Positions 55,743 through 63,965 of a stretch of DNA of 64,000 bases are shown here, piece after piece; within the stretch, counting starts at the first letter, position 1; the number at the start of each line of letters is the position of its first letter. The DNA is from a virus: positions 21,970 to 85,969 of IMG/VR virus record IMGVR_UViG_3300028299_000002; one strand, given 5' to 3'. Both the position numbers and the translations under genes were made by a program. The notes beneath the pieces are model-generated. The model was not told the DNA's origin, searched no databases, and saw nothing but the letters and a program-made list of their open reading frames with translations.

Positions 55743-57599
55743 TTATTTATATTTGATAATTAGGTTTACGGCACCATTATTTGATTTCTTTAATTGCTTG
55801 GTTCGCTTGATGGATTTAAGTAAACTTTTGCCAATATTCTCCGGCTCCTCATCGGTTTCATCCCAATTCGGGTATTCGTTATATTCGGTTTCTTCTTCCT
55901 CGCCATTAGGATTTTCGCCGCCATTATTACCCTCTTGTTCCTGCTGTGCCTCTTGGGATTTTGTCATCAGTGCATTACTGACCAGTTGGATTACCTGTGG
56001 ATTACAGATTCCCGGAAGATCGTAAATATTGACATCCCCATACTTCAACTCAAATTTCTTTTTATCATTTTCAACCAGCAGATCATTGATACTGCATGTC
56101 GTCGCCAAACGGTCTTTATCAATTACCAGTTTCTTAGTCTGGTCCTCGACATCCAAACCACTCCAAACAATCCCGACTCCCTCAATACCGGTTATTTCCT
56201 CAAAAATGCCGCAATTATTGAGCAAGTCCGCAATGTTGTTCAGAAATCGCCGTAGCCCTGGGTCTTGACTGCGAACCATTGGGCCTTCTTCTTCCTCTTT
56301 ACCAAACAAACGTTGTTTGCCAATAGAGTTTTTATTGCTCGACATACTGACATCTTCAGGATCAAGCCCCTCAAATACACATAACCATGAAAACAGTGTT
56401 GACATCCAGAGAAAATCTTCCATTTCCTTACTTGTTTCATGGAATTTGATAAACTTGGGATCAACACCTTTGGGTAATCCAACAACCGGGTATTTCCATT
56501 TATCGTTACGGCCAGCCGATATTCCCCAGATCAATTTCCTGAATAATGTCATTTCCTGTTTTGAAAACCCGTCTTCCGTGGCACCGATAACCGCAATCAT
56601 ACCCTTTGGCATTGTATTGGCCGAACGCCTGGTCACGTTATAAGTCACTGAATCAACAATATAGCGCATAACACTGATAGCTCGTTCTGCGACACTGTAA
56701 CCCTTAAATTGATGCTCAATATCTGTTGTCCCGTAAAAATGACTGAATATCAATCTTTCCGGTGTAAACAGGGCAACCAGTTTCAATTGACGGTCAACCA
56801 TTCCGTAACGGTACTCATCCTGGTAATAGGTTTTATATCCTAACAGTTGTTCTTCAGATTGACGCTTTGTTACCGGCTGATAAAAATCCATGTAGTTTGA
56901 TGTCTGCTCCAACCCCTCAACTTTAGGAACAATGGGATAGATAATGCCAGAATCAACAATACACATAGCCGATGGCTTGCCACGATTATTATATTTTTTA
57001 TTGAAACTGGCATTCTCTCTTACAACCTCAATTGCCACTTTATCTAAATCGAATATGTCATTATAGCAATAGTAAAGAAATGAACTCATAGATGGCATTT
57101 CAACATTGGGAACATAAAAGAATCTTCGGCTTATCTGATTTTCAACCTGTTCACATGTTTTCTTTTGAGCTGCCGTCAAACTCTTTTGCCGGTCAAGTAG
57201 AGTAAGATTAAATCCCGGATTTTTACCATCACTGATCTTGGCAAATTCCATTATCTGATTATAGCGATATGACTTGATCAGCTGGGCAGGCATGGATCGC
57301 CCGGCGTTTCTTAATGTCCGATAATTCGTAGACTCTGGCAAGAAATCATAATTGTTGATTGAATTTCGGCTGGTTTCAACATCAAACATCAATGACATTA
57401 AATGTTGAATTGTGGATTGGTCATCCGCCATTTTTTCAGATACGTAAGAATTGTACGCTTTCAACATTTCCGGGTCTTTTAAAGCTTCGTCGATTTCGGA
57501 CAGAATACCTTCTTTCTGCGCCTTTGATAACCATAACTTAGATTGCTTTAAAAAACCTTCCTTTAAATCATTTTCGATTTCAGGTGATGGATCGGCCAT
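55743..57599 (-). CDS. Portal protein
   Basis: KGYSVAE..YN..R..PKGMI, FLWMSTLFSWLCVFEGLDPEDV, DPGLRRFL; acidic tail. Confidence 0.9.
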   Translation of the reverse strand: MADPSPEIENDLKEGFLKQSKLWLSKAQKEGILSEIDEALKDPEMLKAYNSYVSEKMADDQSTIQHLMSLMFDVETSRNSINNYDFLPESTNYRTLRNAGRSMPAQLIKSYRYNQIMEFAKISDGKNPGFNLTLLDRQKSLTAAQKKTCEQVENQISRRFFYVPNVEMPSMSSFLYYCYNDIFDLDKVAIEVVRENASFNKKYNNRGKPSAMCIVDSGIIYPIVPKVEGLEQTSNYMDFYQPVTKRQSEEQLLGYKTYYQDEYRYGMVDRQLKLVALFTPERLIFSHFYGTTDIEHQFKGYSVAERAISVMRYIVDSVTYNVTRRSANTMPKGMIAVIGATEDGFSKQEMTLFRKLIWGISAGRNDKWKYPVVGLPKGVDPKFIKFHETSKEMEDFLWMSTLFSWLCVFEGLDPEDVSMSSNKNSIGKQRLFGKEEEEGPMVRSQDPGLRRFLNNIADLLNNCGIFEEITGIEGVGIVWSGLDVEDQTKKLVIDKDRLATTCSINDLLVENDKKKFELKYGDVNIYDLPGICNPQVIQLVSNALMTKSQEAQQEQEGNNGGENPNGEEEETEYNEYPNWDETDEEPENIGKSLLKSIKRTKQLKKSNNGAVNLIIKYK

Positions 57600-57609
57600 A
57601 TATTTTCCT

Positions 57610-57813
57610 CTAACGGTTTGATTTTTTATGGATATGATGGATTGTAGAATCTATTCTGTCTGCAATGACACCATTTTTAATTGAAACACTAATGTTGACT
57701 TCGCAATAATCAGACGTTTCAATTTTTAACAGTTCGAAAAGTGAATTTAGGTGAGTATTTATCTGGGTTTGCTCGTGTGGAGAATAGTCTTTGTTTTTAT
57801 GACTGTTTACCAT
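57610..57813 (-). CDS. Hypothetical protein
   Basis: 67 aa directly upstream of the portal gene. Confidence 0.55.
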   Translation of the reverse strand: MVNSHKNKDYSPHEQTQINTHLNSLFELLKIETSDYCEVNISVSIKNGVIADRIDSTIHHIHKKSNR

Positions 57814-57855
57814 AAGTCAAATTATATTAATATATATATATTTAACAAGAAAAAT

Positions 57856-57886
57856 TTGACATTTAATTCAGGTGGTAACTGAATTA
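57856..57886. promoter_or_regulatory. Operator-like element shared with the head-operon promoter
   Basis: TTGACATTTAATTCAGGTGGTA vs TTGACATTATATTCAGGTGGTA at 31832-31853 (minus); includes palindrome TAATTCAG-N7-CTGAATTA. Confidence 0.6.
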
Positions 57887-57912
57887 TGGTGTATTATTTT
57901 AATAGTCTCTAA

Positions 57913-58155
57913 TTATTTGCGTATTTGGTGGGTAAGTTGTAGGTATTTGGTATAGTGATAACCCGGAGGTGATCGGGCGTTCCTAAATATGATTGTTAAT
58001 ATATCTATGGACCGCAATGGCACAATTAGAATATTATGCCATATTTCATTATTGATATTGTGGGGAATGTAATCATCGAAAAATCCTTTAGAAAAGGTAT
58101 CGCTACTATAATATAGACTGCTGCAATATAATACTATTACTGGAAATTGGTTCAT
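57913..58155 (-). CDS. Hypothetical protein
   Basis: ATGA overlap with the upstream ORF; composition unconvincing. Confidence 0.3.
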   Translation of the reverse strand: MNQFPVIVLYCSSLYYSSDTFSKGFFDDYIPHNINNEIWHNILIVPLRSIDILTIIFRNARSPPGYHYTKYLQLTHQIRK

Positions 58156-58505
58156 CGTAATTGTGCCCGGACAGGTTTAAATTTTAATCGTAGGTATTCA
58201 AGAACTTTCGACCAGCCGATTCTTTCATTAACAACTTTGGGATTTTCAATTAATGTAAATAGATGTTTTATTATTTTTATGATATCAGGATCGTCTATAA
58301 TCCCTTCGGTAAGACGATAACAATTAATCCAATTACTCGAATCACATTTCATCAATATAGCATATTCATCAAAATCAAGATTAACAGCAATAACACCACG
58401 CCTAAATCCTTTTAATTCTTTGGGATATTCTGGTGGCGGGGACTCAAGACGATGTATTTCCTTGAATTTCCGTGCTTTTGCATATTTATCTTTATAATAA
58501 TTCAT
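58152..58505 (-). CDS. Hypothetical protein
   Basis: 117-aa ORF. Confidence 0.6.
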   Translation of the reverse strand: MNYYKDKYAKARKFKEIHRLESPPPEYPKELKGFRRGVIAVNLDFDEYAILMKCDSSNWINCYRLTEGIIDDPDIIKIIKHLFTLIENPKVVNERIGWSKVLEYLRLKFKPVRAQLR

Positions 58506-58535
58506 TCAACCTTGCAAGGATAGCATATACACTGG

Positions 58536-59339
58536 TTATGTTGCTTCAATTCGTTTTTTTGCAATCTCAAAGTATTTCTCGTCTTTTTCTATACCAATAA
58601 ATTTTCGATTTAAATTTTTACAGGCAACACCTGTTGTCCCAGAACCAGCGGCAAAATCAAGTACCGTTTCGCCCTCGTTCGTGTAGGTCTTGATTAGGTA
58701 TTCCATTAGCGCTACTGGTTTTTGAGTTGGGTGGGTACTTTTATGACGAGGTACACTTTTGAAAAGTTTCACACTCGTTGGGTATCTACCATCTTTATAT
58801 TTATCCCAACTTCCTTGTATTATTTTTTTTGTATGATGCTCTGTATTATACTCTCTTGTTCCACCCTTTCCTGTACTATGGGCGTTTTCTCTTTTCTCCA
58901 TTATTGGATTGTAGGTAGTCCTTTCCTTGGCAAAAATTAACACATTTTCATGTTTCTTAGTAGGCATATATTTTGCTGAAAAAACTCCTGTGGGAATTGA
59001 TTTCTCCCAAATCCACTCATATCTAAACATCTTCATATTGCTTGAAATAAGCGTCGTGGTAAACGGCTGAGAAGCAGTTAATACAATGGCTCCGTTCGGC
59101 TTAATAACTCGCTTCAGATGCTCCCACATCGACTCTAAGGGTATAACCGAATCCCACTTACACGCAGTCGTACCGTAAGGTGGATCAGTAATTATAGCGT
59201 CTATACTTTGGTCTGGAATCATCGGCATAATATCAAGACAATCGCCAAGATGCAATCTAACCATTGTCTGGAGATAACGACCAGAGCTGTTCGCCGTTTC
59301 CGGTTTTGCTATCTCAATATTGGTTTGTACGTCATTCAT
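58536..59339 (-). CDS. DNA N6-adenine/N4-cytosine methyltransferase (beta class), cassette 4
   Basis: LHLGDCL, ITDPPYG, HPTQKPVALMEYLIKTYTNEGETVLDFAAGSGTT. Confidence 0.9.
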   Translation of the reverse strand: MNDVQTNIEIAKPETANSSGRYLQTMVRLHLGDCLDIMPMIPDQSIDAIITDPPYGTTACKWDSVIPLESMWEHLKRVIKPNGAIVLTASQPFTTTLISSNMKMFRYEWIWEKSIPTGVFSAKYMPTKKHENVLIFAKERTTYNPIMEKRENAHSTGKGGTREYNTEHHTKKIIQGSWDKYKDGRYPTSVKLFKSVPRHKSTHPTQKPVALMEYLIKTYTNEGETVLDFAAGSGTTGVACKNLNRKFIGIEKDEKYFEIAKKRIEAT

Positions 59340-59366
59340 GGTCGTATCTCAGACTGATCGTTCGGC
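59255..59366 (-). repeat. attC-like site D
   Basis: GCCGAAC-GATCA-GTCT-GAGATA-CGACC ... GGTCG-T-TATCTC-C-AGAC-AATG-GTTAGAT. Confidence 0.8.
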
Positions 59367-59714
59367 TTCATAAACGCGATCCAGTGTGTTTGATTCTGCT
59401 TGCCGCTTTTATGCCCAAACAGCGGACGGTGCGGAGTCAGTGGTAGGATTTCTTTGACCGGCACATCTTTATCGTTCCATTTGAAGATTAGTGTCCCATT
59501 TGGACGTAGCACGCGAAAACATTCAGCGAAGCCCATTGCCAGCATGTTGCGCCAGTCTCCCATTAGCACGCCATATTGGTTCGCCATCACCGCGCCGCTC
59601 AATGTAGTGCGGTGTGGAGGGTCAAATACCACGAGCGCAAACGTGTCGGACGGAAACGGTAGATTTGAGAAGTCTGCCTGCACATCTGGTTGTACCAGGT
59701 ATCCAACACAGGCG
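59336..59714 (-). pseudogene. SAM-dependent methyltransferase (DPPH type), internally deleted/frameshifted, cassette 3
   Basis: PPVLD (motif I start) in one frame, then LVQPDVQADFSNLPF..VFDPPH..CFRVLRPNGTLIFKW in another; most of motif I missing. Confidence 0.65.
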
Positions 59715-59970
59715 GAAATGAATCCGAACCCGCGTTTGCAGATAACGAGGCGAGCTGTTCACCTTGCTCTGCTGGCTCACCAAATAAAGCATGTTCAAGT
59801 TTTAATCTTATTCCGTAGTGTAATAGTTGTCGTCCAAGATTCTTCGTGACAATATTATTTTCATGTTCGTAAAAAACATCCCATTCAAGAATATAGTTTA
59901 TCTCTTTGTCTGTAAGTATTATGGGATGTTCGCCAGCGAGATTTTTCGATTTTGTCATAGTCCCATTCAT
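59599..59970 (-). CDS. ORF starting in the attC C loop and reading into cassette 3
   Basis: GAGGTG RBS inside the left arm; MNGTMTK..GEQLASLSANAGSDSFPPVLD. Confidence 0.5.
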   Translation of the reverse strand: MNGTMTKSKNLAGEHPIILTDKEINYILEWDVFYEHENNIVTKNLGRQLLHYGIRLKLEHALFGEPAEQGEQLASLSANAGSDSFPPVLDTWYNQMCRQTSQIYRFRPTRLRSWYLTLHTALH

Positions 59971-60004
59971 ATTTCACCTCGTATCTGATACGCCATCGTT
60001 CTGT
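59723..60004 (-). repeat. attC-like site C with an enlarged loop containing an ORF start
   Basis: ACAGAAC-GATG-GCGTAT-CAGATA-CGAGG ... CCTCG-T-TATCTG-C-AAACGC-GG-GTTCGGA. Confidence 0.7.
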
Positions 60005-60005
60005 A

Positions 60006-60215
60006 TCAGAGCGGATTTTGCAACAATTCCCATATTTTTTGAGTACTTATTTGTACCGCATTGAGTTGCGGTTTTTTATTATCAGTATCAGCGGTAAATT
60101 TTACAAGACAGGCAATTTTACGTTCACCCAACATTTTCCATAAATTAAAAATATCGTCATCGTTTTCGGGTACAAAAACAATATCATTCTCTTTTTCATT
60201 ACACGTTACTTTCAT
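60006..60215 (-). CDS. Hypothetical protein, cassette 2
   Basis: MKVTCNEKEN...; stop TGA followed directly by TACAGAAC. Confidence 0.65.
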   Translation of the reverse strand: MKVTCNEKENDIVFVPENDDDIFNLWKMLGERKIACLVKFTADTDNKKPQLNAVQISTQKIWELLQNPL

Positions 60216-60252
60216 CTTTTTCTCTCTTTCTGCTCTGACCAGCCCTTCGGGT

Positions 60253-60346
60253 ACAGAACCAGAGCGTGGACGCAACGCCTTATGCCGTTGCGTGGTTGTT
60301 AGTTTTTTCAAATATCATCGGCGTGTGTCACGCTTGGTCGTTAGGG
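60253..60346 (-). repeat. attC-like site B
   Basis: CCCTAAC-GACCA-AGCGT-GACAC-ACGCC ... GGCGT-T-GCGTC-C-ACGCT-CTG-GTTCTGT. Confidence 0.8.
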
Positions 60347-60347
60347 G

Positions 60348-61193
60348 CTATTCATCAAGACAAATAAACTTGTTGGCGGCATTTTCCCAATCATCCCCCG
60401 GTTCTGCATTTACCGCAAATTCATGCAAAAAATCACCGTTCCAATCCTGGTCATTTTCAAGACTTAATATATCCTCGGCGGTCATTTTGCTTGTAAACCC
60501 ACGACCAGACTTGTCTTTCCACATAAAGTTTTTCATCTCTAACTCCTCTAAATTATTCGCGTTAAAAAAAGCATAAGCAAAACCCATTGGAGTTTCACTT
60601 CGTAATTCTTTTGTAGCACTGCTTTTGCCACCATATTTCTGTGTTTTACTTCCGTATGAATATCTTACAGGCTTTACAACGTTTGTTGGTTTTGGCTTGT
60701 TAAATTTTCCGAACAGTGCGGTTTTTTTTGAATATTCGTCGCCGTACCAATATGGCTGGAAATACCAGGGATTTCCCAACTCGGGTATCAGTTTTTTTAT
60801 CCTGCCAACAGGATTTTCAATAGCATAAAATAGTGGCTGACATAAATCAATAATCCTTAGCGTTTGATATGTTAGTTCAATAAAATGCTCCAGACGGTTA
60901 AATTTTCCGAACAAAGTGTCTTGCGTTTTATCTTTATATTCCCAGTGTTTTGCCCCTGAAACAGCAAAATCTGTGCATGGTGGAGCCGCCAATATACCGT
61001 CAACTGTTTCGTAATTATCAAATATATTTTCATACATCCAGTCGGTATTTATATCCAAAATATTTTTACAAAAAATCGAATAATTATCATCATCTTTATT
61101 TTTCAAATCTATTCTAATCACGTTCCAACCCTTTTCGGCGTATGGTAATGACCAATTTCCGGTAAAGTCAAATAAGGATAAAAGCGTACTCAT
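60348..61193 (-). CDS. C5-cytosine methyltransferase-like protein with a C-terminal extra module, cassette 1
   Basis: LLSLFDFTG, ILAAPPCTDFAVSG, IENPVGR; tail MKNFMWKDKSGRG looks like a fused small ORF. Confidence 0.8.
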   Translation of the reverse strand: MSTLLSLFDFTGNWSLPYAEKGWNVIRIDLKNKDDDNYSIFCKNILDINTDWMYENIFDNYETVDGILAAPPCTDFAVSGAKHWEYKDKTQDTLFGKFNRLEHFIELTYQTLRIIDLCQPLFYAIENPVGRIKKLIPELGNPWYFQPYWYGDEYSKKTALFGKFNKPKPTNVVKPVRYSYGSKTQKYGGKSSATKELRSETPMGFAYAFFNANNLEELEMKNFMWKDKSGRGFTSKMTAEDILSLENDQDWNGDFLHEFAVNAEPGDDWENAANKFICLDE

Positions 61194-61200
61194 TTATAGC

Positions 61201-61310
61201 CCCTAACCCACACATGGATTTAACGCCGTGAGCTGTTCTATGTTTGGTGATTCATTCATTTGCTTTAGACCTTCTTTTATTTCGGCGTACATCATGCGTC
61301 ATCGTTATAG
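61201..61310 (-). repeat. attC-like site A
   Basis: CTATAAC-GATGA-CGCAT-GATGT-ACGCCG ... CGGCGT-T-AAATC-C-ATGTG-TGG-GTTAGGG. Confidence 0.8.
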
Positions 61311-61571
61311 CCCGCTGGCTCGCTATTCTACTAATTCAAAAGAATATGGTGATTTCACGGCAGTAGTATCATCATCTTGTTCACAATCAGCAGTCGGCTG
61401 TATTTCATTTATTCTTATCACCCTGTTGTCAATTTCAAGAAGTTTTGTCAGATTTATTAACATCATTCGCCTTCCTTTCGCTCGCCAGCGATTTTTGAGT
61501 TTTCAAACAATTCCGGTAAAATCATGTTTTTCATAGTTGATTTCCCTTATAAAGGTTTATTGGTTTTTCAT

Positions 61572-61613
61572 TCGGCGTGAGTGAGCCTTGTCGTTATAGC
61601 CCACTGGCTCGCT
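61572..61613 (-). repeat. Orphan left arm of an attC-like site; 22-bp near-duplicate of 61302-61323
   Basis: AGCGAGCCAG(T/C)GGGCTATAACGA followed by CAAGGCTCACTCACGCCG; no matching right arm found. Confidence 0.6.
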
Positions 61614-61639
61614 TGTTAATAGTATAGCCAGTTATTATT

Positions 61640-61789
61640 TCATAACCATTTATCATCTTGTTTTGATTTAAATACCTTCCGGTAATTCTTAATTGTGGAT
61701 GGCTTACAGTTCACGTATCGAAGAATCTCCATATCCGATTTACCCTCAAGGATCATTTTACGTAACTGTTGTTTGTCGTAATTTGTCAT
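61640..61789 (-). CDS. 49-aa HTH-like protein missing from the ORF track
   Basis: MTNYDKQQLRKMILEGKSDMEILRYVNCKPSTIKNYRKVFKSKQDDKWL*; first gene after promoter copy 3. Confidence 0.5.
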   Translation of the reverse strand: MTNYDKQQLRKMILEGKSDMEILRYVNCKPSTIKNYRKVFKSKQDDKWL

Positions 61790-61819
61790 ATTATTTAATC
61801 CTGTTTATTCCTTCTATCC

Positions 61820-61848
61820 CGTAATACATGCAATTTTAGAATTGTCCC
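61820..61848 (-). promoter_or_regulatory. Conserved early-type promoter motif, copy 3 (overlaps terminase stop)
   Basis: GGGACAATTCTAAAATTGCATGTATTACG. Confidence 0.65.
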
Positions 61849-63965
61849 TTTATATCTAATTCATCGCCAATATCCAATCCTGAATTATTGCCAACGTATG
61901 CGTTTTGACCGATCATGCTAATTGCTATTTTATCGTCAATGTATTCAAATTCCATCTCACATATTTGAACATCGTATTCCTCAAACTTATATCCGATCTC
62001 ACGCATAAAGTCACAGAATTCCTTATCGTCGTTATAAATCCGATTGTACTTTTGCTGAAATCTCTTAATCCCAATCCGATACATCTCCATCCGTTTTCTG
62101 TCTTCATCGACCTCATTATCACCCTCGTAAGTTCCATCGATATCCAATGCAGTCATATTTATCCCCGATTCTATGATCTGACAAACACAGTTCGCCAATG
62201 AATCATATATATCTTTACTTTCACCGTCGGGATGATCAATCTTATTATTGTTTATCATCAATAGCATCATCATTTCCCTGATCAGTGTGGCATCATCCAG
62301 GTATTCAATTGCATTATTCCATACAAGGTGACGGACTATTTTACCCATCCGAACCTGAACCGGATTAGAGAAAAACATAGCCTCTGAACCACGTATTCCA
62401 ATATCCAACATTTTTTGACGAAGACTCTCTGATTGATAATGATCTGACCGTATTCCCCGGCTCCCCCTATATTCTGATCCCAATAGTTTTACCATGTTGT
62501 TTTCGACATTCACGTAATCAACCGGGAATTCTTTGCTTGGCTTATATTTGATAATAATATCAATCACCGGTTTGCAATTGAAGGCTATTTTTTCAACAAC
62601 CTTATTTCCGTCACTCTTATAATGTTCCAATTCAAGAGTAACAACCTCATGGCTCAATACATCCGGATAACCGCCAACTATGATAAAACTGTCACCGGTT
62701 TTACTTGGATCATACCCCCAATACCGGCGGCGATCATCTCTCAGTGTCTTAATTATTTCAATGGCCGTGAATCTACGAATACCGTCCTCACCACGGACAT
62801 TGACCAGGCGTTCGGTTAATGCACTTTTATATTGTACCGGATTTACCAATTTCGGATTTGCACACTCATGTATTTTATCCATATAGGGCATGAAGAATCC
62901 AAACCTGTTCGGCGGTACTTCGGCTTTCCATCGCCTGTTGACATCAATGGTATCAGCTCCGGGTTTATTTAATGCCTTTTGGTAATCTGCTTCACTCAGT
63001 TTCGGATTGAATACATGAGCATAAAACCACGCAACTAAAATATGGTCATTGATCTCTATTGTATTTGCCATTGCCTTTTTAGCATGATTTAGATACTGCT
63101 CAACCAATAGATCATTTACTTCCTGTTCAGGGTATGCGAACATCATGCCCAACTTAAATCCAACAATAAATCGTGTGTTCTGATTACCGTTTGCAGTTTC
63201 ATATTGGTGCTTTGCCGTAGCATATTTAATCGGTGTGTTCGCCCGGCTCGGTTCATCGGTGATCCTCATCCAGATTGCATATCCTTCAACACTCTTGGCC
63301 GTTGTGTCCATTACATAAATACTGATCCCGCCGTATATCCGATTTCTGTGTGGAATATTAATACTTTCAGTCTTGACATCTTTCTGTCCATATTCCCTGA
63401 TCTTTAATCCAATATTTTGAGAATACCAGTTATGACCGGTTGCCGGATCAATGGTATTAATCATAACCCTTGTTAAACGACCAAAAAATACACGCCTAGC
63501 CTGTTGTAAATTGACTTGGGAATAAATAAGCACGTCGAAATCCTCATCCTTCTGAAGATCAAAATGTTCGTGTGGGTCTTCGAGACAGCACCATAGATAA
63601 AAAGCATAATTACAGACAATCAACATAACGGTATTCTTACCACCACCCTGCCCGATCCTCAGTATTATTTCCTCAACTCCAAAAAACCAGCCGTCCTCAG
63701 TCGGTATTTCTGGAAATACACCCTTAATAACTTTCCATTGTTCAGGGGATGGCTCAACCGACCGCATATATTTCCGGACAAATATTTCAACCGTAACCGG
63801 CATGATCTGCCAGAATGGTTTGTCTATATTTTCTTCCTCTGTTTTTCTTATATAATCATTCCGTTCAGCTATAGATACAAATCGACCGAAATCCGTATTA
63901 TTAATATCATCGTTTAGCGTATATATGCTTTTTCTTAAATCCGGTTCAATAAAATGTTTATTCAT
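61836..63965 (-). CDS. terL: Terminase large subunit
   Basis: Walker A LRIGQGGGKN, ITDEP, nuclease WGYDPSKTGDS and DHP..SKDIYDSLA. Confidence 0.9.
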   Translation of the reverse strand: MNKHFIEPDLRKSIYTLNDDINNTDFGRFVSIAERNDYIRKTEEENIDKPFWQIMPVTVEIFVRKYMRSVEPSPEQWKVIKGVFPEIPTEDGWFFGVEEIILRIGQGGGKNTVMLIVCNYAFYLWCCLEDPHEHFDLQKDEDFDVLIYSQVNLQQARRVFFGRLTRVMINTIDPATGHNWYSQNIGLKIREYGQKDVKTESINIPHRNRIYGGISIYVMDTTAKSVEGYAIWMRITDEPSRANTPIKYATAKHQYETANGNQNTRFIVGFKLGMMFAYPEQEVNDLLVEQYLNHAKKAMANTIEINDHILVAWFYAHVFNPKLSEADYQKALNKPGADTIDVNRRWKAEVPPNRFGFFMPYMDKIHECANPKLVNPVQYKSALTERLVNVRGEDGIRRFTAIEIIKTLRDDRRRYWGYDPSKTGDSFIIVGGYPDVLSHEVVTLELEHYKSDGNKVVEKIAFNCKPVIDIIIKYKPSKEFPVDYVNVENNMVKLLGSEYRGSRGIRSDHYQSESLRQKMLDIGIRGSEAMFFSNPVQVRMGKIVRHLVWNNAIEYLDDATLIREMMMLLMINNNKIDHPDGESKDIYDSLANCVCQIIESGINMTALDIDGTYEGDNEVDEDRKRMEMYRIGIKRFQQKYNRIYNDDKEFCDFMREIGYKFEEYDVQICEMEFEYIDDKIAISMIGQNAYVGNNSGLDIGDELDIKGQF

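Noticed and set aside
57825-57845. (TA)n tract as a phase-variable repeat
   Set aside because: Short and AT-rich promoter context; no evidence of length variation from one sequence.
58504-58541. Fifth complete attC site
   Set aside because: AAC...GTT span is only ~38 bp with little stem; treated as degenerate or a terminal junction.
59255-61613. CRISPR array
   Set aside because: Repeats are long, non-identical hairpins separated by whole genes; no constant repeat-spacer period and no cas genes.
10003-63407. Numerous plus-strand ORFs in the track (e.g. 10658-11593, 21196-21813, 60061-60576)
   Set aside because: Antisense shadows of long minus-strand genes, with Ser/Phe/Ile-rich composition and no motifs.
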